From NCBI GenBank assembly GCA_963705505.1, contig CAVPJU010000006.1, positions 332,446 through 396,445 of the forward strand: a stretch of DNA of 64,000 bases, given 5' to 3'. A program made the translations under genes and the position numbers. The notes beneath the pieces are model-generated. The model worked only from the letters and a program-made list of their open reading frames with translations, searched no databases and was not told the origin of the DNA. Numbering within the stretch: the stretch's first letter is position 1; each line of letters opens with the position of its first letter. Of the stretch, positions 47,072 to 57,102 are shown in pieces. Source of the DNA: an uncultured bacterium (GTDB lineage Bacteria > Desulfobacterota_D > UBA1144 > Nemesobacterales > UBA2774).

Positions 47072-49903
47072 TTAATTGATACCTGCTCTTCGGGATTTCT
47101 TTCTTCCAAGCACTTCTCTCAGGAACATTCCTGTATAGGAGCCTTCCGTCCCGGACACCTCTTCGGGCGTCCCCCGTGCAACTATCCGGCCGCCGTTCTC
47201 ACCGCCTTCGGGTCCCATATCTATAACATGATCGGCGCACTTTATCACATCGACATTATGCTCGATCACTATAACCGTGTTCCCCATATCCGTGAGCCGC
47301 TGGAGGACCAGAAGGAGCTTCCTTACGTCGTCGAAATGAAGGCCTATCGTCGGCTCATCAAGAATATAGATGGTCCTGCCCGTCGAGCGGCGGGCGAGCT
47401 CCTTCGAAAGCTTTATCCGCTGCGCTTCGCCGCCCGATAGCGTCGTTGCGGGCTGCCCGAGTCTGATATATTCGAGTCCCACCTCCTCAAGCACATCGAG
47501 CTTCGATTTAATGTGGGGAACGTTTCCGAAAAATTCCGCGGCTTCGCTGACGGTCATATCCAGGACCTCGGCGATGTTTTTATCGTTGTATTTGACCTCG
47601 AGGGTCTCCGTGTTGTACCTGGCGCCTCCGCACCGCTCGCACGTCACGTATACGTCGGGCAGGAAATGCATCTCTATCTTCACGACGCCGTGGCCGAGGC
47701 AGACGCTGCAGCGTCCCTCCCTGACGTTGAAGCTGAACCTTCCTGGTTTATACCCCCTCATATTGGCCTGCGGGAGCATCGAGTATAAGTCCCTTATAGG
47801 GGAGAAGATACCGGTGTAGGTGGCAGGGTTAGACCTCGGGGTCCTGCCGATAGGCGTCTGCTCGACATTTATGACCTTGTCTATATCTTCGACTCCCGAA
47901 AGCCTCTCGTACTTCCCGACCTTTTCTTTACTCCTATAGAGCTTACGGCCGAGCGCGTTATAGAGAGTATCGATCACGAGCGTGCTCTTGCCCGAACCCG
48001 ATACCCCCGTGACACACGTGAAAACTCCCAGCGGGAAGGATACGTCTATATATTTCAAATTGTGCTCTGATGCTCCCTCTATCGAAATAAAGCCTCTCGG
48101 CGTCCTCCGCGCCTCCGGTATGGGAATCTTGACCTTTCCCGATAAATAGTTTCCTGTGAGGGATTCACGGTGACGAATGAGCTCGTCGATATTGCCTTCC
48201 GCCACTATCCGGCCGCCCTTTTCGCCCGCTCCCGGACCTATATCCACAATAAAATCCGCGCTCCTTATCGTCTCTTCGTCATGCTCCACCACAATGATGG
48301 TATTGCCCCCGTCCCTGAGCGACTTGAGGGTATCTATAAGCCGCCTGTTGTCTCTCGGATGGAGCCCTATTGTGGGCTCGTCGAGCACGTACGTAATACC
48401 GGTGAGCTTCGAGCCGACCTGTGTCGCGAGCCTTATCCTCTGCGCCTCGCCGCCCGAAAGACTCGGGGCCGAGCGGTCGAGAGTGAGGTAACCGAGACCT
48501 ACGTCGGATAAGAATTCCAGGCGGGAAATTATCTCCTTGAAAATCCGGTCGCCTATCTCCCTCTCCCTCGCAGTCATATTCAGCGCACTGAAGAACGCGA
48601 GGCAGTCCTCAGAAGACATCGTGACGATTTCGTATATGGATTTATCGTCGATCAGTATGGAAAGGGCTTCTTTTCTGAGCCTCGCGCCCCCGCATTCCGG
48701 GCACTCGGCCGTGCGCATGAATTGAGAGAGCTTTTCGCGGACGGGCGGGGAATCGGTCTCTTTATACCATTCCGTGATTATCCCGGCGACGCCGGCATAC
48801 GTGTCCCTGTATTTGAGGACACGGCCCCTTTTTTCCCTCTTAAACGTGATATCCTCGTCGCCTGAGCCGTAAATAAGAACCTTTTTTGCTTTTGCGGGGA
48901 GCTTCCGGAAAGGGACCGAGAGGTCGATCCCGTAGTACTCCGCAACGCTCTCGGTTAATTGCCTGAAGTAATTCGAGTTCCTCCAGGGTATTATCGCGCC
49001 GTCGTTTATGGACAGCTCTTCGTCAATGAGGAGCTCCGGGTCGCAGAACCAGGTCTCGCCCATGCCCTGACACGTCGGGCATGAGCCGTACGGGCTGTTG
49101 AATGAAAAAAGACGGGGGGAAATTTCAGGGTAACTCATACCGCAATCGGGACATGCGAATTTGTCGCTCAAACTGAGGACCCGGCCTGAGGCGGTCTCCG
49201 CCTTCGCCACTCCTCCCGAACGCTTCAATGCCAATTTCAGCGATTCTTCTATTCTATTCCGCGTCTCCCCGGGACGGATTACGATAACGTCCACTAGGAG
49301 CTCTATCGTATGCTTTTTCTGTTTATTTAGCTTGATCTCCTCATCGAGGTCGTGGAGCTTCCCGTCTATCCTGACCCTCAGAAAACCCTCTCTCCTCAGC
49401 TCCTCGAGCTCCTTTCTGTACTCCCCCTTCCTCCCCTGCACAATCGGCGAGAAAACCGAGACCTTCTCGCCCTCCCCGAGACCGGCAACGCGCTCCGTCA
49501 TCTTCTCGAGGCTCTGGGCTGCTATCTCTATGCCGCAGTTTGAGCAGTAAGGCTTCCCCAGCCTTGCGAAGAGGAGCCTCAGAAAATCGTATATCTCCGT
49601 TATGGTGCCGACTGTAGAGCGGGGGTTCCTCTGAAAAGTCTTCTGATCGACCGAGATCGAGGGGGAAAGCCCTTCTATAGAATCCACGTCGGGCTTACCG
49701 ATCTGCTCGACGAATTGCCTCGCATAGGCGGAGAGGGATTCCATATACCTCCGCTGCCCCTCCGCAAAGAGCGTATCGAAGGCGAGGGAAGATTTCCCCG
49801 AGCCGCTGATCCCGGTTATCACCACCAGCTTTCTCCGGGGCAGCTTGAGGGAAACGTCCTTTAAATTATGCTCTCTCGCGCCTGTGATTTTTATGAAATC
49901 CAA
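47072..49903 (-). CDS. uvrA: Excinuclease ABC subunit A
   Basis: 943 aa with two ABC modules (GISGSGKSSLAFDTL; GVSGSGKSTLVIDTL) and zinc-finger Cys clusters. Confidence 0.95.
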   Translation of the reverse strand: MDFIKITGAREHNLKDVSLKLPRRKLVVITGISGSGKSSLAFDTLFAEGQRRYMESLSAYARQFVEQIGKPDVDSIEGLSPSISVDQKTFQRNPRSTVGTITEIYDFLRLLFARLGKPYCSNCGIEIAAQSLEKMTERVAGLGEGEKVSVFSPIVQGRKGEYRKELEELRREGFLRVRIDGKLHDLDEEIKLNKQKKHTIELLVDVIVIRPGETRNRIEESLKLALKRSGGVAKAETASGRVLSLSDKFACPDCGMSYPEISPRLFSFNSPYGSCPTCQGMGETWFCDPELLIDEELSINDGAIIPWRNSNYFRQLTESVAEYYGIDLSVPFRKLPAKAKKVLIYGSGDEDITFKREKRGRVLKYRDTYAGVAGIITEWYKETDSPPVREKLSQFMRTAECPECGGARLRKEALSILIDDKSIYEIVTMSSEDCLAFFSALNMTAREREIGDRIFKEIISRLEFLSDVGLGYLTLDRSAPSLSGGEAQRIRLATQVGSKLTGITYVLDEPTIGLHPRDNRRLIDTLKSLRDGGNTIIVVEHDEETIRSADFIVDIGPGAGEKGGRIVAEGNIDELIRHRESLTGNYLSGKVKIPIPEARRTPRGFISIEGASEHNLKYIDVSFPLGVFTCVTGVSGSGKSTLVIDTLYNALGRKLYRSKEKVGKYERLSGVEDIDKVINVEQTPIGRTPRSNPATYTGIFSPIRDLYSMLPQANMRGYKPGRFSFNVREGRCSVCLGHGVVKIEMHFLPDVYVTCERCGGARYNTETLEVKYNDKNIAEVLDMTVSEAAEFFGNVPHIKSKLDVLEEVGLEYIRLGQPATTLSGGEAQRIKLSKELARRSTGRTIYILDEPTIGLHFDDVRKLLLVLQRLTDMGNTVIVIEHNVDVIKCADHVIDMGPEGGENGGRIVARGTPEEVSGTEGSYTGMFLREVLGRKKSRRAGIN

Positions 49904-50014
49904 AGTCGTTTAAGTTTACCAGTAATTTGGAAATACGGGACAAGGTTTCGAGCCGGCCATCAAGCACAGCCCGACAAAATTAGTGCATAACCCGTACCGG
50001 ATCCCCCGTTTTTG

Positions 50015-51091
50015 CTATACAAACGATTTTATTTCCCCGACCTTTTTCTTGTCGAGCTTCTGAACGACACCCATAAGGAGCTTTACCGTGTTGTCGAAGT
50101 CGTTCCTGTGAATTATCGCGTTATGGCTGTGTATGTGGCGGGTGGGGACGCCCAGCACGACCGTAGGGACACCGTGCTTATGGAGGTGGATAACGGAGCC
50201 GTCGGTCGCCCCCCCTTCCATCGTCGTGAACTGTAACGGTATCTTTAATTTTTTCGCCGTATCCACGATGAGGTCCCGCAGCTTGAGGTTGGGTATCATG
50301 CGAGCATCGTAGAGGAGGAGGGAAGGCCCCCCGTTGAGCTTCGTCGAGGACTCGTCGGGCTTGATTCCGGGTACGTCGCCGGCAATGTCCGACTCCAGTA
50401 TTATCGCTATATCGGGACCGACCATTTCGACGCTCGTGCTCGCGCCCCTGACTCCGACCTCTTCCTGAACCGTGGCCACGCCGTATAATGTGTTGGGATG
50501 CTTGTCCGGGGAGAGGGACTGAAGAGCGGAGATAACCACGCCGCATCCTACCCGGTCATCGAACGCCTTAGACATATAGGTTTTCGGGTTAGCCAGAATT
50601 GAAAACTCGCTCACGGGGACGATCGGATCGCCCACGCGCACGCCTGCTTTTTCGACCTCCTTTTCCGAAGTCGAGCCTATGTCGATGTACATATTTTTTC
50701 TCTGAAGGAGCTTCGTACGCTCGTCCTGAGAGAGGAGGTGGGGAGGCTTTGCCCCTATGACCCCGATCACATCTCCTTTATTCGTTTTGATAATCACGCG
50801 CTGACCGAGAAGAACGTGGTCCCACCACCCTCCGAGGGTGGTAAATCTTATAAAACCGTCGGACGATATGTGCTTTACCATGAACCCGATCTCGTCCATG
50901 TGGCCCGCGAGCATCACTTTGGGCTCCGCCGAGCTTCCGGGCTTCCTGCAAATCAGGCTGCCCATGTTGTCCTTGCTTATCCCGCCGAGGGGCTTCATGT
51001 ATTTCCTTATAACTTCACGTATATCCGTTTCATAACCCGGAACGCCGTGGGACTCTGTCAATTCCTTGAGAAGAATTTCGGTCTTGTCCAT
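50015..51091 (-). CDS. M42 family metallopeptidase (glutamyl aminopeptidase / FrvX-like)
   Basis: ...MLAGHMDEIGFMVKHISSDGFIRFTTLGGWW... and ...HSHNAIIHRNDFDNTVKLL. Confidence 0.85.
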   Translation of the reverse strand: MDKTEILLKELTESHGVPGYETDIREVIRKYMKPLGGISKDNMGSLICRKPGSSAEPKVMLAGHMDEIGFMVKHISSDGFIRFTTLGGWWDHVLLGQRVIIKTNKGDVIGVIGAKPPHLLSQDERTKLLQRKNMYIDIGSTSEKEVEKAGVRVGDPIVPVSEFSILANPKTYMSKAFDDRVGCGVVISALQSLSPDKHPNTLYGVATVQEEVGVRGASTSVEMVGPDIAIILESDIAGDVPGIKPDESSTKLNGGPSLLLYDARMIPNLKLRDLIVDTAKKLKIPLQFTTMEGGATDGSVIHLHKHGVPTVVLGVPTRHIHSHNAIIHRNDFDNTVKLLMGVVQKLDKKKVGEIKSFV

Positions 51092-51238
51092 TGAGGTAAC
51101 TCCCTTGAGAATTTTTTCTATCTGAATAGTTTAATGATTTCGGGACAGATTTTAAGAATTATCACCTTTCTAATTATCCAATGTCAACAAGACCCCCTTT
51201 CACGCTTGCAAATCAACCTTTTGAAAGTACACTAGATT

Positions 51239-52216
51239 TTGAGCTTCATGATAGAGTACGATCAGGGGATTCATCTCAGGGGCACAGACCTGTGGTTCGA
51301 TTCCAGAAAGAAGGCGAAATTCTCTTTCATATCGAACGCTAATACAGGGAGGTTCGTCCCGCCCGAAAAAGTAATCGCCACACCCGAGACAATCAGGCTA
51401 ATTGAAAAAAGAATAAAAAAATCTGTCACCCTCGCCTGCCCGTACAACAGACCCTTCACGCTCGGCAACGTACAAGTGGAGCTTATACCTTCGGGATACA
51501 TGCTCGGCTCGGCTCAGATAGAGGTAAAAAAGGCCGGCAAGACCATCATTTACACGGGGGATATAAATCTGAGGGAATCTCTCACATCAGAGCCGGCAAG
51601 GGTAAAAAGGTGTCAGATACTAGTCCTAAAGTGCACCTATGGTTCCCCGAAATACGTATTTCCGTCCGCCGACAAAGTAATGGAATCACTTACGGAATTC
51701 ATCGACGACTCGTTCTCGTCGGGCGCGGTCCCCGTCCTGCTCGCGGAAGCCGTAGGCAAAGCGCAGGAAACTATCAAGAGGCTGTCGGAGGCCGGGTACA
51801 AGTTCGGTGTCCACAAGTCCATACACAAAGCTCTTAAGATATACGAAGAGTTCGGGATACAATTCCCTAATTACGAGGTGTTCAAACCGAAGAAGACCGA
51901 AGGCAGGGTCCTCGTATTTCCTCCGCTCAAGGGGGAGTCCAAAGATATCGACAAGATCCGGGATAAAAGGGTCGGTATAGTGATAGAATCAGCGCCTGAT
52001 GAACTTGCTTACATAAAGCAGGTGTTTAACGCGGACGAGGTCTTCCCGCTCAGCAGTCACGCGGACTTCGACGAGCTCCTTCAGTTCGTCGAATTCGTGA
52101 GACCGGAAAAGGTCTATCTCATACACGGGCATCCGACCGAGTTCGCGCGCGCGCTGCAAAAAAGGGGCTTCGAAGCGGTCCCGCTCGAGAAACCCGCACA
52201 GCTAAAGCTTCTATAG
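51239..52216 (+). CDS. beta-CASP-type metallo-beta-lactamase-fold protein with degenerate N-terminal HxHxDH motif (possible inactive paralog)
   Basis: ESTYG-like LKCTYGSPKY and the C-terminal beta-CASP motifs SSHADFDELLQFVEFVRPEKVYLIHGH are present. Where HxHxDH is expected the sequence is FSFISNANTGRF. Confidence 0.5.
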   Translation: MSFMIEYDQGIHLRGTDLWFDSRKKAKFSFISNANTGRFVPPEKVIATPETIRLIEKRIKKSVTLACPYNRPFTLGNVQVELIPSGYMLGSAQIEVKKAGKTIIYTGDINLRESLTSEPARVKRCQILVLKCTYGSPKYVFPSADKVMESLTEFIDDSFSSGAVPVLLAEAVGKAQETIKRLSEAGYKFGVHKSIHKALKIYEEFGIQFPNYEVFKPKKTEGRVLVFPPLKGESKDIDKIRDKRVGIVIESAPDELAYIKQVFNADEVFPLSSHADFDELLQFVEFVRPEKVYLIHGHPTEFARALQKRGFEAVPLEKPAQLKLL

Positions 52217-52226
52217 GAGGACCGAT

Positions 52227-52646
52227 ATGGCTGTAATCACGAAGAGCATAAGACTCCGCACGCAGGGGGAAACAGACCTCATAGACATAACGGCGGAGGT
52301 GGAGGAGAAAGTCAGGGAGTCCGAAATATCCTCCGGCATAGTAACGGTTTTTATACCGGGCTCGACGGCCGGGGTTACCACCATAGAATTCGAAGGCGGA
52401 GCCATAAGGGACTTCAGGGAGGCAATCGACAGGATAGCGCCCAGGAACATACACTATCACCACGACGCGAGGTGGGGGGACGGGAACGGCTATTCCCACG
52501 TCAGGGCGGCGCTTCAGGGGGCCTCTCTCACGGTGCCCTTTTCATCCTCCGAGCTCCTCCTCGGGACGTGGCAGCAGATAATCGTGGTCGACTTCGACAA
52601 CAGGCCGCGCACGAGGGACGTGATACTCCAAATCATCGGGGAATAG
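52227..52646 (+). CDS. YjbQ/UPF0047 family protein (secondary thiamine-phosphate synthase-like)
   Basis: ...TQGETDLIDITAEVEEKV...SSGIVTVFIPGSTAGVTTIEFE...HHDARWGDGNGYSHVRAALQGASLTVP.... Confidence 0.8.
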   Translation: MAVITKSIRLRTQGETDLIDITAEVEEKVRESEISSGIVTVFIPGSTAGVTTIEFEGGAIRDFREAIDRIAPRNIHYHHDARWGDGNGYSHVRAALQGASLTVPFSSSELLLGTWQQIIVVDFDNRPRTRDVILQIIGE

Positions 52647-52676
52647 AGACGACCCGAAGGGCCGTCTCTTCGGGAC

Positions 52677-53336
52677 TTACACGAACTTTACAGAAAAATG
52701 CTGAGGCTTATACCTCACATTGAGATTGACGATCAGCGGGGTCATCGATTCTATCATCGCGGACGCCTCCAGGGCGCCTGCATCCAGAACACGCAGGTTG
52801 GGCATATCCTCGGTGAGCTTCTTTACCACTTCCTTTGCGCCGTCGTCATCCCCGCATATAACCACATCGTAATCGAGATGCTTGTCTATTTCGCTGAGCT
52901 CCTTCGCCGGGAGGTTATGAAAAGCGGATACGAGCCTCGCCGTTTCGGGCAGCGCCTGCTTTATCTCCAGAGCCGAAGAGCCCTGCTGCGGGGGGTTATA
53001 TAAAAATGTCTTCCCCTCCCTTTTCATCGAGACGACGGGCGTAACGACGATCTGATTTGTAAAGCTGTCCCGAATCTGGCTGACTGTCGACGCCGCGTGC
53101 TCGGGAGGGATGCTTATTATTATGACTTCCGCCTGTTTCGCCGCCTCCGCATTGGGCATGCCGTGAATCCTGGGCTCGACGCCCAGAGCCTTTAGCTTCT
53201 CTATATATTCGGCGGCGATACCCTTGGCCTTCTCATCGCTCCTCGACCCGATATAGATCTCGTGCCCGGCTTTTGACCACCTGAGCACGAGCCCTTCGGC
53301 AATGTCGCCCGTTCCGCCTAAAAGCGCTATTTTCAT
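52677..53336 (-). CDS. F420-dependent NADP oxidoreductase (Fno / NPD family)
   Basis: MKIALLGGTGDIAEGLVLRWSKAGHEIYIGSR...; F420H2:NADP+ oxidoreductase-like Rossmann protein. Confidence 0.75.
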   Translation of the reverse strand: MKIALLGGTGDIAEGLVLRWSKAGHEIYIGSRSDEKAKGIAAEYIEKLKALGVEPRIHGMPNAEAAKQAEVIIISIPPEHAASTVSQIRDSFTNQIVVTPVVSMKREGKTFLYNPPQQGSSALEIKQALPETARLVSAFHNLPAKELSEIDKHLDYDVVICGDDDGAKEVVKKLTEDMPNLRVLDAGALEASAMIESMTPLIVNLNVRYKPQHFSVKFV

Positions 53337-53494
53337 TTCTTCTGTCCCCCTTTTAAAAAGCTGCATTTATTTTAACAAAATAGCTATTCTAGTAAAGGGA
53401 GCGGAACATCGGCAGCCGCCTAACGGAAGCACGCAAACGACCGACTTTAGATAATGCCGGAGCTATGGGGAGTAACTATAGCTTTATGAATTGA

Positions 53495-54016
53495 TCAAAA
53501 CTTCTTTTTGAAATAAAGGAAAAAGGAAAAGCTATTAGGGTTGAAAAAGTGATCTTCGGTAACTAAATCGCTGTCCGGGACAGCTACAAAAGGCACTAGC
53601 CCCCCGTAAAATATGGTATTCCTGGATTGAAACTGGTCGTAATTCACCTTGTCTTCTTCGACAAATTGTATCTGAGGATTAGGTAAGAGCGGAGTATCTC
53701 CTGATGAACGCGCCGCATCATCGGTTTGAATGTCTAATGTGCCCGGCTTGTCAATGACTGCTAATTGCACTGCATTATCAGGCTTACATACGTTGAGCAC
53801 GGCGTCATAAGAAACGAAATCGGGTTTATCCGGAGAAGAGTCCAACTGCTCTTTTTCGAGCAAAGTCCCCCTTATCGAGCTATTGTCTATGAAAGTGTAA
53901 TTGTAGCAGGACTGCTCGGTTCTATGCCTGTAGGCATTTTCCACGCTGTAATCGACACTTTCGGATTTAACAACAGACCCGAAAAATACCAGTAATGTTA
54001 TTAATGAAATTGACAT
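53495..54016 (-). CDS. Hypothetical secreted protein
   Basis: Signal peptide MSISLITLLVFFGSVVKS. No recognisable family. Confidence 0.4.
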   Translation of the reverse strand: MSISLITLLVFFGSVVKSESVDYSVENAYRHRTEQSCYNYTFIDNSSIRGTLLEKEQLDSSPDKPDFVSYDAVLNVCKPDNAVQLAVIDKPGTLDIQTDDAARSSGDTPLLPNPQIQFVEEDKVNYDQFQSRNTIFYGGLVPFVAVPDSDLVTEDHFFNPNSFSFFLYFKKKF

Positions 54017-54159
54017 CCTCACCCTAACATACCTCAACCACTGACGATTTTGGTTAAGATGGACCTGTTAATTCTATAGCCCCTCATGTTTTTAATATAA
54101 ATATAGACGGGCATATTTTCAATAGATGAATTTAAGCGGTATATGGATTCATGAAAATG

Positions 54160-54939
54160 CTAAGGCTCTACGGATATTAAGAAACCCCTCAGGATTCTAT
54201 TGAATTCTTCGGGCTTTTCCTGCATCATGAAATGGCCCGCATCGTGAATCAGATGGTAGAACGAATCCCTGATGCTGTTTTTGAGATGCTCCCCGTATTT
54301 AGGGGGAGTCAGAATATCAAATTCGCCCGATATAATGCATGCGGGAGTTTTTATTTCATGAACCCTTTCCATGATATCGAATTCGTCGCATGCGACGAGG
54401 TCCCAATAGCAGACATCAGGGGATGTGTTTAGCAGGCCCTCTCTGAATTCCTTCCTGATCTCTTCGGGCGAGTCAGGCGCGATCATCCTTGCAGGCGCAG
54501 CGTCGCAGAATGCCTGATAGTTATTTTTTACTGCATTGAGAGTTTCACCCGCGACGCGGAGCCTCGCTCCGGCCCCGGCCAGAACACAGGCTCTCACTTT
54601 CTCCGGATGGTCGAGAGCAAATACCATTGCGACCCCGCCGCCCATCGAATGACCGACAAGAATAAGGTCGTTAAAGCAGAGAGCGTCGGCGAACTCTTCA
54701 ATAAACCCCTTATAGCCGGCTATATCTTTAAAGCCGCTACCCTCAGACATACCGTGACCGGGGAGGTCCGGCACTATAAAATTGTATGCGGGGTGGTTTT
54801 TGAAAGCCTCCAGCTGATACCTCCATGTAGCGGTTCTCTGACCGGCGCCGTGTATCATCAGGACCGTGGGACGGGCAGGGTCCGTGAGACCGCCTTCCAA
54901 GTAATGTATCCTTTCTCCGCCGATTATAATTTCTGACAT
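54160..54939 (-). CDS. alpha/beta-hydrolase fold protein (esterase/lipase type)
   Basis: ...PTVLMIHGAGQ... and nucleophile elbow LVGHSMGGGVAM. Confidence 0.8.
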   Translation of the reverse strand: MSEIIIGGERIHYLEGGLTDPARPTVLMIHGAGQRTATWRYQLEAFKNHPAYNFIVPDLPGHGMSEGSGFKDIAGYKGFIEEFADALCFNDLILVGHSMGGGVAMVFALDHPEKVRACVLAGAGARLRVAGETLNAVKNNYQAFCDAAPARMIAPDSPEEIRKEFREGLLNTSPDVCYWDLVACDEFDIMERVHEIKTPACIISGEFDILTPPKYGEHLKNSIRDSFYHLIHDAGHFMMQEKPEEFNRILRGFLISVEP

Positions 54940-54969
54940 GGTCGCCTACAGGGAATAGTTTCGGAGAGC

Positions 54970-55254
54970 CTAATCTTTGCCGTATTTTGAAATGAGCTGA
55001 TTATAATCTTCCTCATCGATACCGGCTATTTTAATCGTTTTAATCTTCGAGGTTTTTCCTCTTATTATTTCGACGCTCGATTTCGACACGCCTAAGGCTT
55101 TTGCCAGGACCTCCGTCAGGCGTTCATTCGCTTTGCCGTCAACGGGCGGAGCCGAAATCCTGATTTTCAGCCTGCCGTCATGGATGCCCGCTATCTCATC
55201 GCTCGCTGACTTCGGCTGGATCTGAACTGTAATTGTTATCGAGGATTTTTTCAT
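54970..55254 (-). CDS. DUF167/YggU family protein
   Basis: ...LKIRISAPPVDGKANERLTEVLAKALGVSKSSVEIIRGKTSKIKTIKI. Confidence 0.75.
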   Translation of the reverse strand: MKKSSITITVQIQPKSASDEIAGIHDGRLKIRISAPPVDGKANERLTEVLAKALGVSKSSVEIIRGKTSKIKTIKIAGIDEEDYNQLISKYGKD

Positions 55255-55262
55255 CGGGTAGG

Positions 55263-55571
55263 CTACGGCAAGCCCGCTTTTAATCTATATCCGTAATCGA
55301 TGATGGACTGAACTAAAACCTGGTCTATAAAGAAGAGCGCGATCATTACAATAATCGGAGAAAAATCTATCCCGCCGAATATAGGCAGAACCCTTCTCAC
55401 GTACCTTAAAACGGGCTCGGTCGCCATGTATAAAAACCGGACTATAGGATTATAGGGGTCCGGGTTTACCCATGAAATCACGGCTCTCGCCACAACTATA
55501 AAGAGATAAATGTTTATTATGTAATGAAGGGTTTGCCCGACTCCGATTACCAGGTTCGCAATTATAAACAC
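55263..55571 (-). CDS. YggT family membrane protein
   Basis: ...YLFIVVARAVISWVNPDPYNPIVRFLYMATEPVLRYVRRVLPIFGGIDFSPII.... Confidence 0.8.
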   Translation of the reverse strand: MFIIANLVIGVGQTLHYIINIYLFIVVARAVISWVNPDPYNPIVRFLYMATEPVLRYVRRVLPIFGGIDFSPIIVMIALFFIDQVLVQSIIDYGYRLKAGLP

Positions 55572-56386
55572 TACTTATCCTCCTTGGACAGCTGTCTCGA
55601 ACGATGAGTGGCCGCCTCTACCGCCGAAATAACGCTCGCCCTGAACCCGCCGGCCTCGAGCTTATGTATGCCCTCTATTGTCGTGCCTCCCGGAGAGGAG
55701 ACCTTATCCTTAAGCACTGCCGGATGAGACATATCTTCGATTATCATTTTCGCCGTCCCGAATACGGTCTGGACCGCGAGTCTCAGCGCGGCTTCCCTGG
55801 GGAGCCCCATTTTGACCCCTCCGTCGGACAGAGCCTCTATAAACATGGATACGAAGGCGGGCCCGCTCCCGCTGAGTCCCGTAACGCTATCGAGCAGGCG
55901 CTCATCGTCGACGACATATGCGATACCGACCGCTTCGAAAATCTTTCTAACATTTTCCCGCTCTTCTTCATTCAGGTTGGGATTACAGTATAGAGCAGAC
56001 GCTCCGGCAAGGACAAGGGCCGGGGTGTTCGGCATTACGCGGACTATCTTGGCCTTCTTTTTAAGAACGCCTGAAATCAAAGAAGTCGGAATCCCCGCTG
56101 CAATGGAAATCAGTATTTTCTTCGCCGTAATTTGAGTCCTGATCTCGCTCACTACCTTCCGGACGGTGTTCGGCTTTACGGACAGGACCACGATATCGGA
56201 CTTCCCGGCGGCCTCCTTATTGTCGCCGGTCGTCGCGACCCCGTACGCGGATTTCAGATGGTCGAGTCTTTTCCCGGCCGTATCGCTTACGAGAATCTCG
56301 TTCTTTTTATATACCCCGGACGAAATAAGGCCCCTGATAAGAGCCTCCGCCATATTCCCGCCGCCTATGAACCCTACTTTTGCCAT
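55571..56386 (-). CDS. proC: Pyrroline-5-carboxylate reductase
   Basis: MAKVGFIGGGNMAEALIRGL... and the C-terminal dimerisation domain ...VSSPGGTTIEGIHKLE. Confidence 0.9.
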   Translation of the reverse strand: MAKVGFIGGGNMAEALIRGLISSGVYKKNEILVSDTAGKRLDHLKSAYGVATTGDNKEAAGKSDIVVLSVKPNTVRKVVSEIRTQITAKKILISIAAGIPTSLISGVLKKKAKIVRVMPNTPALVLAGASALYCNPNLNEEERENVRKIFEAVGIAYVVDDERLLDSVTGLSGSGPAFVSMFIEALSDGGVKMGLPREAALRLAVQTVFGTAKMIIEDMSHPAVLKDKVSSPGGTTIEGIHKLEAGGFRASVISAVEAATHRSRQLSKEDK

Positions 56387-56412
56387 TATCGTTTTCCGAC
56401 TCTTGAGGATTA

Positions 56413-57102
56413 TTATTGCCTAGGCCCGAAAATAGCGGTTCCTATCCTTACTATCGTCGCGCCTTCTTCTATTGCAACCTCGAAATCGCCGCTCATGCCC
56501 ATCGAAAGCTCTCTCAGTCCCGGATATTTGACGCTGAGCTTATCGCGCAAATCCCTTAGAGCCGTGAAAAAAGGCCTGGCGCTCTCCGGGTCATCGAAAT
56601 AAGGGGGCATTGTCATAAGACCGCGGACCTCAACGGACGGGAATTCCTGAAGACTTGCCAGGAACCCCTCCAGATCCTCTTTTCCAACCCCGCCCTTGGT
56701 TTCCTCCTCACCCGTATCCACCTCGATAAGCACCTTTGCTTTTATGCCCAGGCCCGCCGCCTTTTTTTCGATCTCCCGTGCGACTGTAACAGAGTCGAGG
56801 GAATGTATAAGCTCCACGTCGCCTATCAGGTATTTAACCTTGTTCCGCTGTAACCGGCCTATAAAGTGCCACTCCACATTTTCGCTTACGGTGCTATCGA
56901 TTATTTCCTTTTTAAGCCTGAATTCCTGGGCGTAATTCTCGCCGAATGTATGTATGCCCGCGCTTACCGCCTCTATTATGCGCCGGGGCTCAACCCCTTT
57001 CGTCACGGCGACAAGCTTTACATCGTTTGCATGCCTGCCAGCCCTCTTTGCCGCATTCTCTATCCTTTCCTTTACGGACTTTAAATTATCTGGTAAATCC
57101 AT
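56413..57102 (-). CDS. yggS: YggS family pyridoxal-phosphate homeostasis protein (PLPBP)
   Basis: ...VKLVAVTKGVEP..., ...HFIGRLQRNKVK... and C-terminal ...ELSMGMSGDFEVAIEEGATIVRIGTAIFG. Confidence 0.9.
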   Translation of the reverse strand: MDLPDNLKSVKERIENAAKRAGRHANDVKLVAVTKGVEPRRIIEAVSAGIHTFGENYAQEFRLKKEIIDSTVSENVEWHFIGRLQRNKVKYLIGDVELIHSLDSVTVAREIEKKAAGLGIKAKVLIEVDTGEEETKGGVGKEDLEGFLASLQEFPSVEVRGLMTMPPYFDDPESARPFFTALRDLRDKLSVKYPGLRELSMGMSGDFEVAIEEGATIVRIGTAIFGPRQ

